Source of the DNA: an uncultured Chloroflexia bacterium
Lineage (GTDB): Bacteria; Chloroflexota; Limnocylindria; Limnocylindrales; CSP1-4
DNA length: 64,000 nucleotides
Direction: 5' to 3'
NCBI GenBank assembly: GCA_963776545.1
Contig: CAVZND010000013.1
Location: 140,496-204,495, forward strand
Each line of letters starts with the position of its first letter. Position 1 is the stretch's first letter. This document shows positions 37,742 to 46,599 of the stretch, one piece after another. The notes under the pieces were generated by a model. That model was not told where the DNA came from and did not search any database. It saw only the letters and a list, made by a program, of their open reading frames with translations. The translations under genes and the position numbers were made by a program.

Positions 37742-38254
37742 GTGACGACCCCGACCCCGGCCGCCTCGCCCAGCACGGCCCCGGCGTCCGAACCCGCGCC
37801 CGGCGAGCCGCAGCTGACCCACGGCTGCATCCGGTGCGGCGCACCCGTGCCCCTCGACGTCGGCCTCTGTGAGCGCTGCAATCCCCTCGGGCTGAAGGAC
37901 TCGTCCGCCTCCCAGGTGCACGGCACCGTCTTCATCGGTGTCCTGACCGCGGTCGTGGGGCTCGCGCTCCTCGGCCGGCTGACGCTCGCGGGCGTGGGAC
38001 CGTTCGAGGGCACCGTGGTCGAGGCCGTGCCGGCGGGGGCCGGGCTGGCCATCACGCTGTCGGTCACGAACCACGGCACGGCCGTCGGTCAGACGACCTG
38101 CCGACTGACGGACCCCCAGGACCGGAGCGGCGGCGGCTCGGCCTTCCTGTTGAGCCCGCGCATCGATCCCGGTGCGGCGGTCACGTTCACCAAGACCGTG
38201 ACCGAGCTCGGTGACACGGTCCGCGACCTCACGGTCGAGTGCAGCTCGCCATGA
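37742..38254 (+). CDS. hypothetical zinc-ribbon / single-TM / beta-rich ectodomain protein
   Basis: CIRCGAPVPLDVGLCERCNP four-Cys ribbon, one TM segment (VFIGVLTAVVGLALLG) and a ~90-aa C-terminal domain. High GC3. Confidence 0.5.
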   Translation: MTTPTPAASPSTAPASEPAPGEPQLTHGCIRCGAPVPLDVGLCERCNPLGLKDSSASQVHGTVFIGVLTAVVGLALLGRLTLAGVGPFEGTVVEAVPAGAGLAITLSVTNHGTAVGQTTCRLTDPQDRSGGGSAFLLSPRIDPGAAVTFTKTVTELGDTVRDLTVECSSP

Positions 38255-39078
38255 CGGCCGCCCCGACCCCCACGGCGACCCCCGCCTACGAGGGCGAGCT
38301 GGCGTTCGCGAAGGCGGTCGCGGTCCGCGCCGGCGAAGTCCTGATGGACCGCTACGAGCGGCTCGAGCAGATCGACTACAAGAGCGCCCGGGACGTGGTG
38401 ACCGAGGCGGACCACCTGTCCGAGGCGCTCATCCTCGACGCGATCCGGGCGACCTATCCGGCCGACGCGATCCTCGCCGAGGAGACCGGGGAGCATCGGG
38501 CGGTGGCGGGCGAAGCGCCCACTTCGGGCCACGGCCGCGTCTGGATCGTCGACCCGCTCGACGGCACCGTGAACTACGCGAACGGGATCCCGTTCTTCTG
38601 CGTCTCGATCGGCCTGGTCGTCGACGGCCGGCCCGTCGTCGGGGTCGTCCTCGACCCGACGCGCGGCGAGTCCTTCGCGGCCGCCGCCGACCGCCCCGCC
38701 ACCCTGGACGGCCGCCCGATCCATGCGTCGGACAAGGACAAGCTCTCCGACTTCGTCGTCTCGATGGCGCTCAACGGACGGACGGCGATCTCGCGGGCGC
38801 GCAACGTCCGAAAGGCCATCCGCATCCCGCGCTCGATGGGCTCGGCCGCACTCGCCCTCGCGTATGTCGGCAACGGCCGCTTCGACGCGTTCATCCAGCA
38901 AGGCGGGCTCTCGACCTGGGACATCGCCGCGGCCGGCCTGATCGCGGAACGGGGCGGCGCTTGCGTCACCGCCATCGATGGTGGGCCGTGGTTCGAGGTC
39001 GCCAAGCCGACGCGGACGATCGGGACCCTGGCCGCCCCGGTCGCCCACCACAAGGCGCTGCTCGCACTCGTCCGGTAG
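38251..39078 (+). CDS. inositol monophosphatase family protein
   Basis: IMPase motifs WIVDPLDGTVNY and WDIAAAGLI. ATG 38251 forms an ATGA overlap with the preceding gene. Confidence 0.85.
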   Translation: MTAAPTPTATPAYEGELAFAKAVAVRAGEVLMDRYERLEQIDYKSARDVVTEADHLSEALILDAIRATYPADAILAEETGEHRAVAGEAPTSGHGRVWIVDPLDGTVNYANGIPFFCVSIGLVVDGRPVVGVVLDPTRGESFAAAADRPATLDGRPIHASDKDKLSDFVVSMALNGRTAISRARNVRKAIRIPRSMGSAALALAYVGNGRFDAFIQQGGLSTWDIAAAGLIAERGGACVTAIDGGPWFEVAKPTRTIGTLAAPVAHHKALLALVR

Positions 39079-39097
39079 CCTGGGTCGGGCTGGCCCG

Positions 39098-39763
39098 CTA
39101 CAGGGCCCGGGCGGGCAGCGGATGGGTCATGTTCGGCAGCAGCTCGTAGTGGACGATCTCCAGCCGGTGGATGCGCTCGGGGTGGCGGGTCGCGATCGGA
39201 CGGTTGACATCGCTGCCCGTCGCGATCTCCAGCACCGACCACGACGACCACACCGACATGGACACGAACCGGTCGGGCGGCTCGATCGCCAGGTAGAACG
39301 CGAGTGGCCCGTGGCCGGCCTCGTCATCGGCGATCGTCCCGAGCCGGACGTCCTCGCGGTATGCATCGAGCTCGCCCGGATGGACCTGCCCGTGGGCGAG
39401 CCGGAGGACCCCGGTCATCGGCTGTGCGGCGACGAGCACATCATCGAACCGGAACGTCAGATCCAGGGGGTGGATGTCGAGCGCGCGATCGTCGGTCTCC
39501 TCGAGGTACTCGGGATGGAACACCGGCTGGTCGAAGCTCTCGCCGACGGCCGTGGTCATCGCGGCTCGCGATTCCCACACGGACGCGACGAGCCGCTCGC
39601 CCATCTCGTCCGGGCCATGCCGGCCGACGTACACGTCGACCAGGTCCGGGAAGGCCAACAGGTCCGGGATCAGCGCGTCGCGCAGGATGCCATCGAACCC
39701 CTTGCGCACCGGCCGGAACCGGAACAGCCTGAGAACGCGATGGTCGGACACTGGTGCAGGCAA
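39098..39763 (-). CDS. hypothetical protein made of two tandem ~100-aa repeats (ABM/dimeric alpha-beta-barrel-like)
   Basis: The internal repeat is visible in the translation: VLRLFRF...ASVWESRAAMTTAVG versus VLRLAHG...MSVWSSWSVLEIATG. Confidence 0.45.
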   Translation of the reverse strand: MPAPVSDHRVLRLFRFRPVRKGFDGILRDALIPDLLAFPDLVDVYVGRHGPDEMGERLVASVWESRAAMTTAVGESFDQPVFHPEYLEETDDRALDIHPLDLTFRFDDVLVAAQPMTGVLRLAHGQVHPGELDAYREDVRLGTIADDEAGHGPLAFYLAIEPPDRFVSMSVWSSWSVLEIATGSDVNRPIATRHPERIHRLEIVHYELLPNMTHPLPARAL

Positions 39764-39838
39764 CCCCTCTTGCAGCCGACGTTGGTGTCCTCTCGACCCC
39801 GACAGGCTACAGCGTCCGGGACACCCGTTCAGCTCGGG

Positions 39839-40711
39839 TCAGCGCACCGGCAGGATCAGCACGAACTTCCCGTACCACTCGCTCTTCGAGGCCACGACGC
39901 CGGGGGTGTACTGGTCGTCGTACGGGCTGTCGGTCTCGCGATAGGGGCGGAATCGGAGCGTCGCATCCGAGCTGTACTGCAACCTGCCGTAGCTGATCCG
40001 GGCGTTCCTGCGGCCGGCGGTCTTGAGCGGGTCGCTCAGGTAGAACCCGCCGACGCTGAACTTGTCCGTGAACCGCCCGGCGCCGTCCCTGGCGAACGGA
40101 TCGCCCTTGAGGTCGTAGTAGCCGGTGATCATCACCGCGTGCCGGCCGGCCCAGGCGGCCATCGCGACGGGCTTGCGGGTCGCGATCATCGCGCGCACCG
40201 CGGCCTTCATGGCCGACCCGTACGAGGTGAACGAGAAGTCGTCGTAGACCCGTGAGCCGGCCTGCAGGGCCGAACTCCCCCAGCCGAAGTAGTTGAGGGC
40301 GTTGCGCCACCCGTGCATGTCCGTGCCCTTGCCGCCGGCCATCGTGTGATGGGCCCGCTCCCAGCGAAGGATCGAGTCGCGCTTCCGGGCCGACAGGCTG
40401 CGCGACCATCGGAAGCCGGGTCCGCCGCGGCCGCCGAGGCTCACGAAGTTCAGCATGTCCATCACCGACGTCGCCGTGCAGGCCGTGTAGTTCGGATCCT
40501 GGTACCGGAAACCCGCCGACCTGTACAGGTTGAGCGTGACCGGCCCGCGGGGGGTCGGGGCCTGGCTCGCGACGGGTGTGGCCGCGAGGATCGCGCTCGG
40601 GGCCGCGACCGCGACCGCGACGAGCAAGGTCAGGATGGCCGAGACGACCCGACGGGATGGCCCCCGGGTCTCCACGCTGCCGGTCCGACACACGATCCGC
40701 TGGATGTCCAT
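39839..40711 (-). CDS. secreted hypothetical protein, papain-like/C39-like cysteine peptidase candidate
   Basis: ATG 40711 gives a signal peptide (VVSAILTLLVAVAVAAPSAILA). Candidate Cys (YTACTATSVMDML) and His (GRHAVMITGYY) lie in papain-like order. Confidence 0.45.
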   Translation of the reverse strand: MDIQRIVCRTGSVETRGPSRRVVSAILTLLVAVAVAAPSAILAATPVASQAPTPRGPVTLNLYRSAGFRYQDPNYTACTATSVMDMLNFVSLGGRGGPGFRWSRSLSARKRDSILRWERAHHTMAGGKGTDMHGWRNALNYFGWGSSALQAGSRVYDDFSFTSYGSAMKAAVRAMIATRKPVAMAAWAGRHAVMITGYYDLKGDPFARDGAGRFTDKFSVGGFYLSDPLKTAGRRNARISYGRLQYSSDATLRFRPYRETDSPYDDQYTPGVVASKSEWYGKFVLILPVR

Positions 40712-40833
40712 TCTGCCCGGAGCCTCACACAGCGGTCCGGCCGACGGACCCGTCCAGAAGTCCCGGGACCCGCGGATCCGCCCGCGTGGATCGATCGAAG
40801 TGGTGGCAGCGCGCACCGCTCGACCCTGGGCGG

Positions 40834-41739
40834 TCACGGATCTGCCAGCCAGCGATGGGGTCGCCGCCGCAGCCGGTCGAGCCCCCACTCGTCGCAGAAC
40901 GCCTCCCAGTCGAGCCGCGGCGCGCCGTCCCATCGGAGCTCGTCGGGGTCCTGCTGGCGGATCGGGACGCCGTCATCGACCGTTCGCAATCGCGCGAGAT
41001 CGCGGTACAGGAGGGCCTCGCCCCACCGCTCCCGAAGGGTCGCGGCCAACGCGATGGCGCGGGTGCCACCGACGCCGGCCACCTCCCAGGCCGACGCCTT
41101 GGGCGGGATGTCCTCGAAATGGCCGTATCGGCTGAGGACCGCTGCGGCCGACTTCGAGCCCCAGCCCGGCAACCCCGGATACCCGTCCGACGCATCGCCG
41201 ACGAGCGCCAGGTAGTCGGGGATCGAGGTGGGCGGCACGCCCCACTTGGCCTGGACCCCGGCGTCGTCGTAGGTCAGGCCGCGGCGCCGGTCCCAGAGCA
41301 CGATCCGCTCGTCTTGCACGAGCTGGGCCATGTCCTTGTCCGGCGTGCAGACCAGGATCCGCTCGACCCGGGCGTTCGCGGCGAACCGGACGGTCGCGGC
41401 CGCGATAGCATCGTCGGCCTCGAACTCGACCATCGGCCACAGGACGATGCCGAGCGCATCGACGGCCGCCTCGGCGATGGGGAACTGCGCCAGTAGTTCG
41501 GGCGGCATCCCGGCCGACGACTTGTACCCGGGGAAGAGGTCGTTTCGGAACGATTCGATGACCCGGTCCGTCGCGCAGCCGACGTGGGTGGCGCCCTCCT
41601 CGCGCAGGAGGTACAGCAGCTGGTCGCACAGCCCGGACACGCCCGAGAGGTTGACCTCGTCGCGCCCGAGGACCGGCGGCCTCGGCGCGAAGTGGGCCCG
41701 GAACAGCTCGTAGGTCGCGTCGACAAGGTGGAGCTGCAT
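40834..41739 (-). CDS. 5'-3' exonuclease (FEN / Pol I N-terminal-domain family)
   Basis: MQLHLVDATYELFR N-terminus, an acidic PIN-like core (EADD, PDKDMAQL) and an H3TH region (GDASDGYPGLPGWG). Confidence 0.85.
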   Translation of the reverse strand: MQLHLVDATYELFRAHFAPRPPVLGRDEVNLSGVSGLCDQLLYLLREEGATHVGCATDRVIESFRNDLFPGYKSSAGMPPELLAQFPIAEAAVDALGIVLWPMVEFEADDAIAAATVRFAANARVERILVCTPDKDMAQLVQDERIVLWDRRRGLTYDDAGVQAKWGVPPTSIPDYLALVGDASDGYPGLPGWGSKSAAAVLSRYGHFEDIPPKASAWEVAGVGGTRAIALAATLRERWGEALLYRDLARLRTVDDGVPIRQQDPDELRWDGAPRLDWEAFCDEWGLDRLRRRPHRWLADP

Positions 41740-41750
41740 CCGGTCGGGCC

Positions 41751-42287
41751 TCAGTCCGCGCCCGACTCGACCAGGTCCCGGAGCCGGAAGAGGTCGGCCT
41801 GGAAGATCGGTCCGAAGACCCGGTCCAGGACGACCGCTCCGAGGTCGCGCAGGAACGGGGCGACCAGTCGCTCGTCCCAGCGAACGATCGTCGTCGTCCC
41901 GTCTGCCCCCGGTTCGAGGGTCATGACGCCGGAGCCGCTGACGGTGCCCTCGTGGCGGATCGCGAAGCGGGTCGGCGGCTCGAACTCGGTGATCGTGACC
42001 GGGTCGGTCGTGGCGACGCCGAAGACCCGGACCGTCGATTCACCCCGGGTACCCACGCCCACCGGCGGTGGCGTGGTCAGCCGGACCGACTTCATGTCGT
42101 GCATCCAGCGCGGCTGGCCTTCGATGTCGGCCAGTACCGGCCAGACGCGCTCGATCGGGGCGTCGATGACGACCAGCGACCCGATCGCCGGGGTCGGCTC
42201 GCCGTGACGGCGCGAGCGCAGGACCCGATCGACCGCCCAGGCGGCCCCGAGTCCGACGACGCCAAGGCGGACGAGTGGGCGGATCAT
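41751..42287 (-). CDS. SRPBCC (polyketide cyclase/dehydrase-like) family protein with N-terminal TM anchor
   Basis: Typical APIERVWPVLADIEGQPRWM start of the SRPBCC fold. Confidence 0.7.
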   Translation of the reverse strand: MIRPLVRLGVVGLGAAWAVDRVLRSRRHGEPTPAIGSLVVIDAPIERVWPVLADIEGQPRWMHDMKSVRLTTPPPVGVGTRGESTVRVFGVATTDPVTITEFEPPTRFAIRHEGTVSGSGVMTLEPGADGTTTIVRWDERLVAPFLRDLGAVVLDRVFGPIFQADLFRLRDLVESGAD

Positions 42288-42303
42288 GCGACCGCCCAGC
42301 CCG

Positions 42304-42908
42304 TCACCGCATCACCGTCCGCCACATCGTCACGCCGGCGTCGCGCATCGCCTCGAGGGCCCGCTCGCCGTCGCCGGGCTGCAGGTCCACGGCCGCGATC
42401 GCGTCCGTGAGCACCGAGGTCGCGAAGCCGAGCCGGGCGGCGTCGAGCGCCGTCGCCATGACGCAGTAGTCGGTGGCCAGGCCGACGACGACCACGCGCT
42501 CGATGGCCCGCTCGTGCAGGAGGGTCTCGAGCTCGGTCGGGACGGTCTGCTCGGTGATCGGGTCGCGCATCGTGAAGCCCGAGTAGCCGTCCTCGCCGTT
42601 GGCGCCCTTGCGGACCCGTGGCGCGCGGCGGGGACGCTGAGGTCCGGGTGGAGCGCGGCGCCCCACGTGTCGGCGACGCAGTGGACCGGCCAGATGCCGC
42701 CGTCCTTGGCGAAATGGGGCGTGTGCTCCGGGTGCCAGTCCTGGGTGAAGACCACCGTGGCACCGTTGTTCGCGGCCATCTCGATCTCGCGGTTGACGGT
42801 CGGGATGATGCGGTCGCCGCCGGCCACGCTGAGGCCGCCGGCCGGGTCGGCGAAGTCGTTCTGGACGTCGACCACGATGAGCGCCGTCTCCGGGCCGTAG
42901 CGCTGCAT
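42304..42908 (-). pseudogene. pncA: nicotinamidase/pyrazinamidase (isochorismatase family) interrupted by a 1-nt frameshift
   Basis: The N-terminal half (MQRYGPETALIVVDVQNDF...WPVHCVADTWGAALHPDLSVP) is in the frame of ORF 42330..43070. The C-terminal half (RKGANGEDGYSGF...VVVVGLATDYCV...) is in the frame of ORF 42304..42666. The switch lies in the GCCGCGCGCC run at about 42620..42630. Confidence 0.75.
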
Positions 42909-42942
42909 GCCGCGAGTATCGCAGGGCGCCGTCGCCGCGACG

Positions 42943-43701
42943 CTATCCGATGAGCGTGGGGTCCTCGAGCCGCTCGGATTCGACGGCGGCATTCGAGTCC
43001 GCCGGCTGTGGCGGATCGACGTCGAGGAGGTAGCCGATGCCCTGGAACGTCTTGATCCGGCCGGGCTCACCCGGTTCCGCGCCGAGCTTGCGGCGGACCC
43101 GCGAGACCCAGACCCGCAGGTACTGCAGGTCGTCGCGGTACTCGGGTCCCCAGACCTTGGTCAGCAGCTCGGTGTGGAGCACGACCTTGCCGGCGTTGCC
43201 CGCGAGGTGCTGGAGCAGGAGCCATTCGGTCCGCGACAGCTGGACCATCTCGCCGTCGCGCGTGACGAGCCGGCGTTCGAGGTCGATCTCGATGTCGTCG
43301 AAGGCGATGACCCCGGCGCCGGGCTGGGCACCCGACGATCGACGGAGGACGGCCCGGACGCGCGCCGCGAGCTCGTCCGGATGGAACGGCTTGGCGATGT
43401 AGTCGTCCGCGCCGAGGTCGAGGCCCTTGGCCTTGTCGGCCGTGGAGCCCTTCGCCGTCAGGAGGATGACGGCCACCGGCCGTCGCTCGCGGAGCTGGCG
43501 CATGACCTCGATGCCGTCGAGGTCGGGCATGACGATGTCCAGCAGGATGATGTCCGGGCGGACCTCCTCGGCCTTCTGGAGCGCCTCCTCGCCGCTGTTG
43601 GCCGTGACGACGCGGAAGCCCTCCTCGCCGAGGGCGATGGACACGAGCTTCGTGATGCGCGGCTCGTCGTCGGCGACGAGGACGAGGGGCTGGGTGCCCA
43701 T
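42943..43701 (-). CDS. OmpR/PhoB-family response regulator
   Basis: Receiver domain (VADDE, LLDIVMPDLDG, LTAKG) plus a winged-helix output domain. GGAGGTG SD. Confidence 0.9.
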   Translation of the reverse strand: MGTQPLVLVADDEPRITKLVSIALGEEGFRVVTANSGEEALQKAEEVRPDIILLDIVMPDLDGIEVMRQLRERRPVAVILLTAKGSTADKAKGLDLGADDYIAKPFHPDELAARVRAVLRRSSGAQPGAGVIAFDDIEIDLERRLVTRDGEMVQLSRTEWLLLQHLAGNAGKVVLHTELLTKVWGPEYRDDLQYLRVWVSRVRRKLGAEPGEPGRIKTFQGIGYLLDVDPPQPADSNAAVESERLEDPTLIG

Positions 43702-43810
43702 GACACCTCCGTTGGGTCAGAGTATCGGCGCAGCCGCAAGGGCACGGCGCCGGGCCCCGATGGTCGCGCATTGACCGTCGCGACCTCTCGGGCGCGACCT
43801 TGCAGATCCG

Positions 43811-43830
43811 TTGCATCGGCATATCAACGG
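43811..43830 (+). promoter_or_regulatory. 20-nt motif TTGCATCGGCATATCAACGG (copy A), upstream of aceE
   Basis: 18/20 identical to 50146..50165 in the same orientation. It is embedded in CCGTTG-N11-CAACGG and preceded by TTGCAG. Confidence 0.4.
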
Positions 43831-43881
43831 TCGCTGAGCGGCCGCAACCGTCTCGTAACGCACATCGGCGACGGGTTGGGC

Positions 43882-43887
43882 TACGCT
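43882..43887 (+). promoter_or_regulatory. -10-like TACGCT 9 nt upstream of the aceE ATG (leaderless-type)
   Basis: There is no SD between the hexamer and the ATG. Confidence 0.3.
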
Positions 43888-43896
43888 GCCACCGTC

Positions 43897-46584
43897 ATGT
43901 ATTTCGACCAGTTCAAACACCAGCTGCCCGATATCGACGAGACCGAGACGGACGAATGGCTGAGCTCGCTCGACCAGGTCGTCGAGCAGGAGGGCGAGAC
44001 CCGCGCCCGGTTCCTCGTCTACAAGCTCCTCAAGCGAGCGAGGCAGTTGCAGATCGGCCTGCCGCCGCTGACCCAGACGCGCTACATCAACACCATCAGC
44101 CCCGAGCAGGAGCCGGACTTCCCCGGCGACGAGGCCATGGAGCTGCGGATCCGGCGGATCGTCCGCTGGAACGCCGTGGCGATGGTCCTGCGCGCCAACA
44201 CCCGGTTCACGGGGATCGGCGGCCATCTCTCGACCTACGCCTCCTCGGCGAGCCTCTATGAGGTCGGGTTCAACCACTTCTTCCGCGGCAACGCCGACGG
44301 CCCCGGCGACCAGATCTTCTACCAGGGCCACGCCGCGCCTGGGATCTACGCCCGCGCGTTCCTCGAGGGCCGCCTGAGCGAGGACCAGCTCGACCATTTC
44401 CGGCGGGAGACCGAGCCGGGCAAGGGCCTCTCGTCGTATCCCCATCCGCGCCTGATGCCGGAGTTCTGGGAGTACCCGACGGTGTCGATGGGCCTCGGCC
44501 CGATCAGCGCGATCTACCAGGCCCGATTCAACCGCTATCTCCAGAACCGCGGCCTGCTGGACACGTCCGGCTCGCGCGTCTGGGCGTTCCTCGGCGACGG
44601 CGAGACCGATGAGCCGGAATCGCTGGGCGCCCTCCACGTCGCGTCGCGCGAGGGCCTGGACAATCTGACATTCGTCGTGAACTGCAACCTGCAGCGCCTC
44701 GACGGCCCGGTCCGCGGCAACGGCAAGATCATCCAGGAGCTCGAGTCGGCCTTCCGCGGCGCCGGCTGGAACGTCATCAAGGTCATCTGGGCGCGGGAAT
44801 GGGACGACCTCCTGGCGCGCGACGTCGACGGCCTCCTGGTCCAGCAGATGAACGAGACGCTCGACGGGGAGTTCCAGAAGTTCTCCGTCGCGGGCGGCGC
44901 CTACATCCGGGAGCACTTCTTCGGCCCCGACCCGCGGCTCAAGAAGCTCGTCGAGCACCTGTCCGATGACGACCTGGCCAAGCTCCGCCGGGGCGGCCAC
45001 GACTACCGCAAGGTGTATGCCGCGTACAAGGCCGCGACCGAGTACAAGGGCGCGCCGACGGTCATCCTCGCCAAGACCGTCAAGGGCTGGACGCTCGGTC
45101 CGGGCGTCGAGGCCCGGAACATGACCCATCAGGCCAAGAAGCTCTCGGAGCAGGAGCTGCGCGTCTTCCGCGACCGGATCGAGCTGCCGATCCCGGACGC
45201 GAAGCTCAAGGACGCGCCGTATTACCACCCCGGACCGGATTCGGAGGAGGTCCAGTACCTCAAGGAGCGCCGGCGCGTGCTCGGCGGTCCGATCCCGAAG
45301 CGGATCGTCCGGTCCAAGCCGTTGCCCGCCCCGCCGCCGGCGGTCGATGCCGAGTTCACGAGCGGGAGCGAGACGCCAGTCTCGACGACGATGGTCTTCA
45401 GCCGGATCCTGCGCAACCTCATCCGGGACAAGGAGCTCGGATCGCGGATCGTGCCGATCATCCCCGACGAGGCCCGGACGTTCGGCATGGATCCGCTCTT
45501 CAAGGAGGTCGGCATCTACTCGGCGCTGGGGCAGCGCTACGAGCCGGTCGACTCCGACCTGCTCCTGTCCTATCGCGAGGCGACCGACGGGCAGGTGCTC
45601 GAGGAGGGGATCACCGAGGCGGGCTCGATGGCCTCGTTCCAGGCGGCGGGTACGGCGTACTCCAGCCACGGCCTGGCCACGATCCCGTTCTACATCTTCT
45701 ACTCGATGTTCGGCTTCCAGCGGACGGGCGACCAGATGTGGGCGTTCGCCGACGCGCGTGGGCGCGGGTTCCTGCTTGGCGCCACGGCCGGTCGGACGAC
45801 GCTGACCGGCGAGGGACTCCAGCATGACGACGGCCACACCCACATCCAGGCGTCGACCATCCCGAACCTGCGCGCCTACGATCCCGCGTTCGCCTACGAG
45901 CTGGCGACCGTCATCCGAGACGGGATCGAGCGGATGTACGGGCCGAAGCCCGAGGACGTCTTCTACTACGTCACGCTCTACAACGAGAACTACGCTCAGC
46001 CGCCGCGCCCGGCGGACCTGACGGACGAGGCGATCCTGCGGGGCATCTACCGCTTCGCGGAGGCGCCGGCCGTCGGTCGGGACGCGCACCCCGCCCGGCT
46101 GGTCGGCTCCGGCTCGATCCTCAACCAGGTCCTCGTGGCGCGCGACATCCTGGCCGAGCGGTTCGGCGTGGCCGCCGAGGTCTACAGCGCCCCGTCGTTC
46201 CCGCTCCTCCGCCGCGACGCCCTCGAGGTCGAGCGCTGGAACCGGCTCCACCCGGACGCCAAGTCGCCTCGGGTGCCCTACGTCAGCCAGGTCCTCGGGC
46301 CTGACGGCGGGCCGATCGTGGCGGCCACGGACTGGATGAAGGCCCTGCCCGACATGGTCAGCCGCTGGCTGCCCGACTACTACGTCGCGCTCGGCACCGA
46401 CGGCTTCGGGCGGAGCGACACCCGCGAGGCCCTCCGCTCGCTGTTCGAGATCGACCCGTCACACATCGCCGCGGCGACGCTGTCCGAGCTCGCCCGCTGC
46501 GGCGCGCTCAGCGGATCGAAGGCGGCCAAGGCGATCGCGGAGCTCGGGATCGATCCGGAGAAGACGAACCCGCTCGCGCTGTAG
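43897..46584 (+). CDS. aceE: pyruvate dehydrogenase E1 component, homodimeric type
   Basis: 895-aa protein with a typical AceE N-terminus (DETETDEWLSSLDQVV) and a ThDP motif region (GDGETDEPES ... NCNLQRLDGPVRGN). The tracked ORF from 42907 is a false extension. Confidence 0.95.
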   Translation: MYFDQFKHQLPDIDETETDEWLSSLDQVVEQEGETRARFLVYKLLKRARQLQIGLPPLTQTRYINTISPEQEPDFPGDEAMELRIRRIVRWNAVAMVLRANTRFTGIGGHLSTYASSASLYEVGFNHFFRGNADGPGDQIFYQGHAAPGIYARAFLEGRLSEDQLDHFRRETEPGKGLSSYPHPRLMPEFWEYPTVSMGLGPISAIYQARFNRYLQNRGLLDTSGSRVWAFLGDGETDEPESLGALHVASREGLDNLTFVVNCNLQRLDGPVRGNGKIIQELESAFRGAGWNVIKVIWAREWDDLLARDVDGLLVQQMNETLDGEFQKFSVAGGAYIREHFFGPDPRLKKLVEHLSDDDLAKLRRGGHDYRKVYAAYKAATEYKGAPTVILAKTVKGWTLGPGVEARNMTHQAKKLSEQELRVFRDRIELPIPDAKLKDAPYYHPGPDSEEVQYLKERRRVLGGPIPKRIVRSKPLPAPPPAVDAEFTSGSETPVSTTMVFSRILRNLIRDKELGSRIVPIIPDEARTFGMDPLFKEVGIYSALGQRYEPVDSDLLLSYREATDGQVLEEGITEAGSMASFQAAGTAYSSHGLATIPFYIFYSMFGFQRTGDQMWAFADARGRGFLLGATAGRTTLTGEGLQHDDGHTHIQASTIPNLRAYDPAFAYELATVIRDGIERMYGPKPEDVFYYVTLYNENYAQPPRPADLTDEAILRGIYRFAEAPAVGRDAHPARLVGSGSILNQVLVARDILAERFGVAAEVYSAPSFPLLRRDALEVERWNRLHPDAKSPRVPYVSQVLGPDGGPIVAATDWMKALPDMVSRWLPDYYVALGTDGFGRSDTREALRSLFEIDPSHIAAATLSELARCGALSGSKAAKAIAELGIDPEKTNPLAL

Positions 46585-46599
46585 GCCGCCGGAAGCCCG

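Noticed and set aside
43770-43830. A classical -35/-10 promoter formed by TTGACC (43770), TTGCAG (43800) or TTGCAT (43811) upstream of aceE.
   Set aside because: No TANNNT hexamer lies at 16-19 nt from any of these. The only good -10-like hexamer is TACGCT, 9 nt from the ATG. The TTGCAT word is therefore treated as a possible factor site rather than a promoter call.
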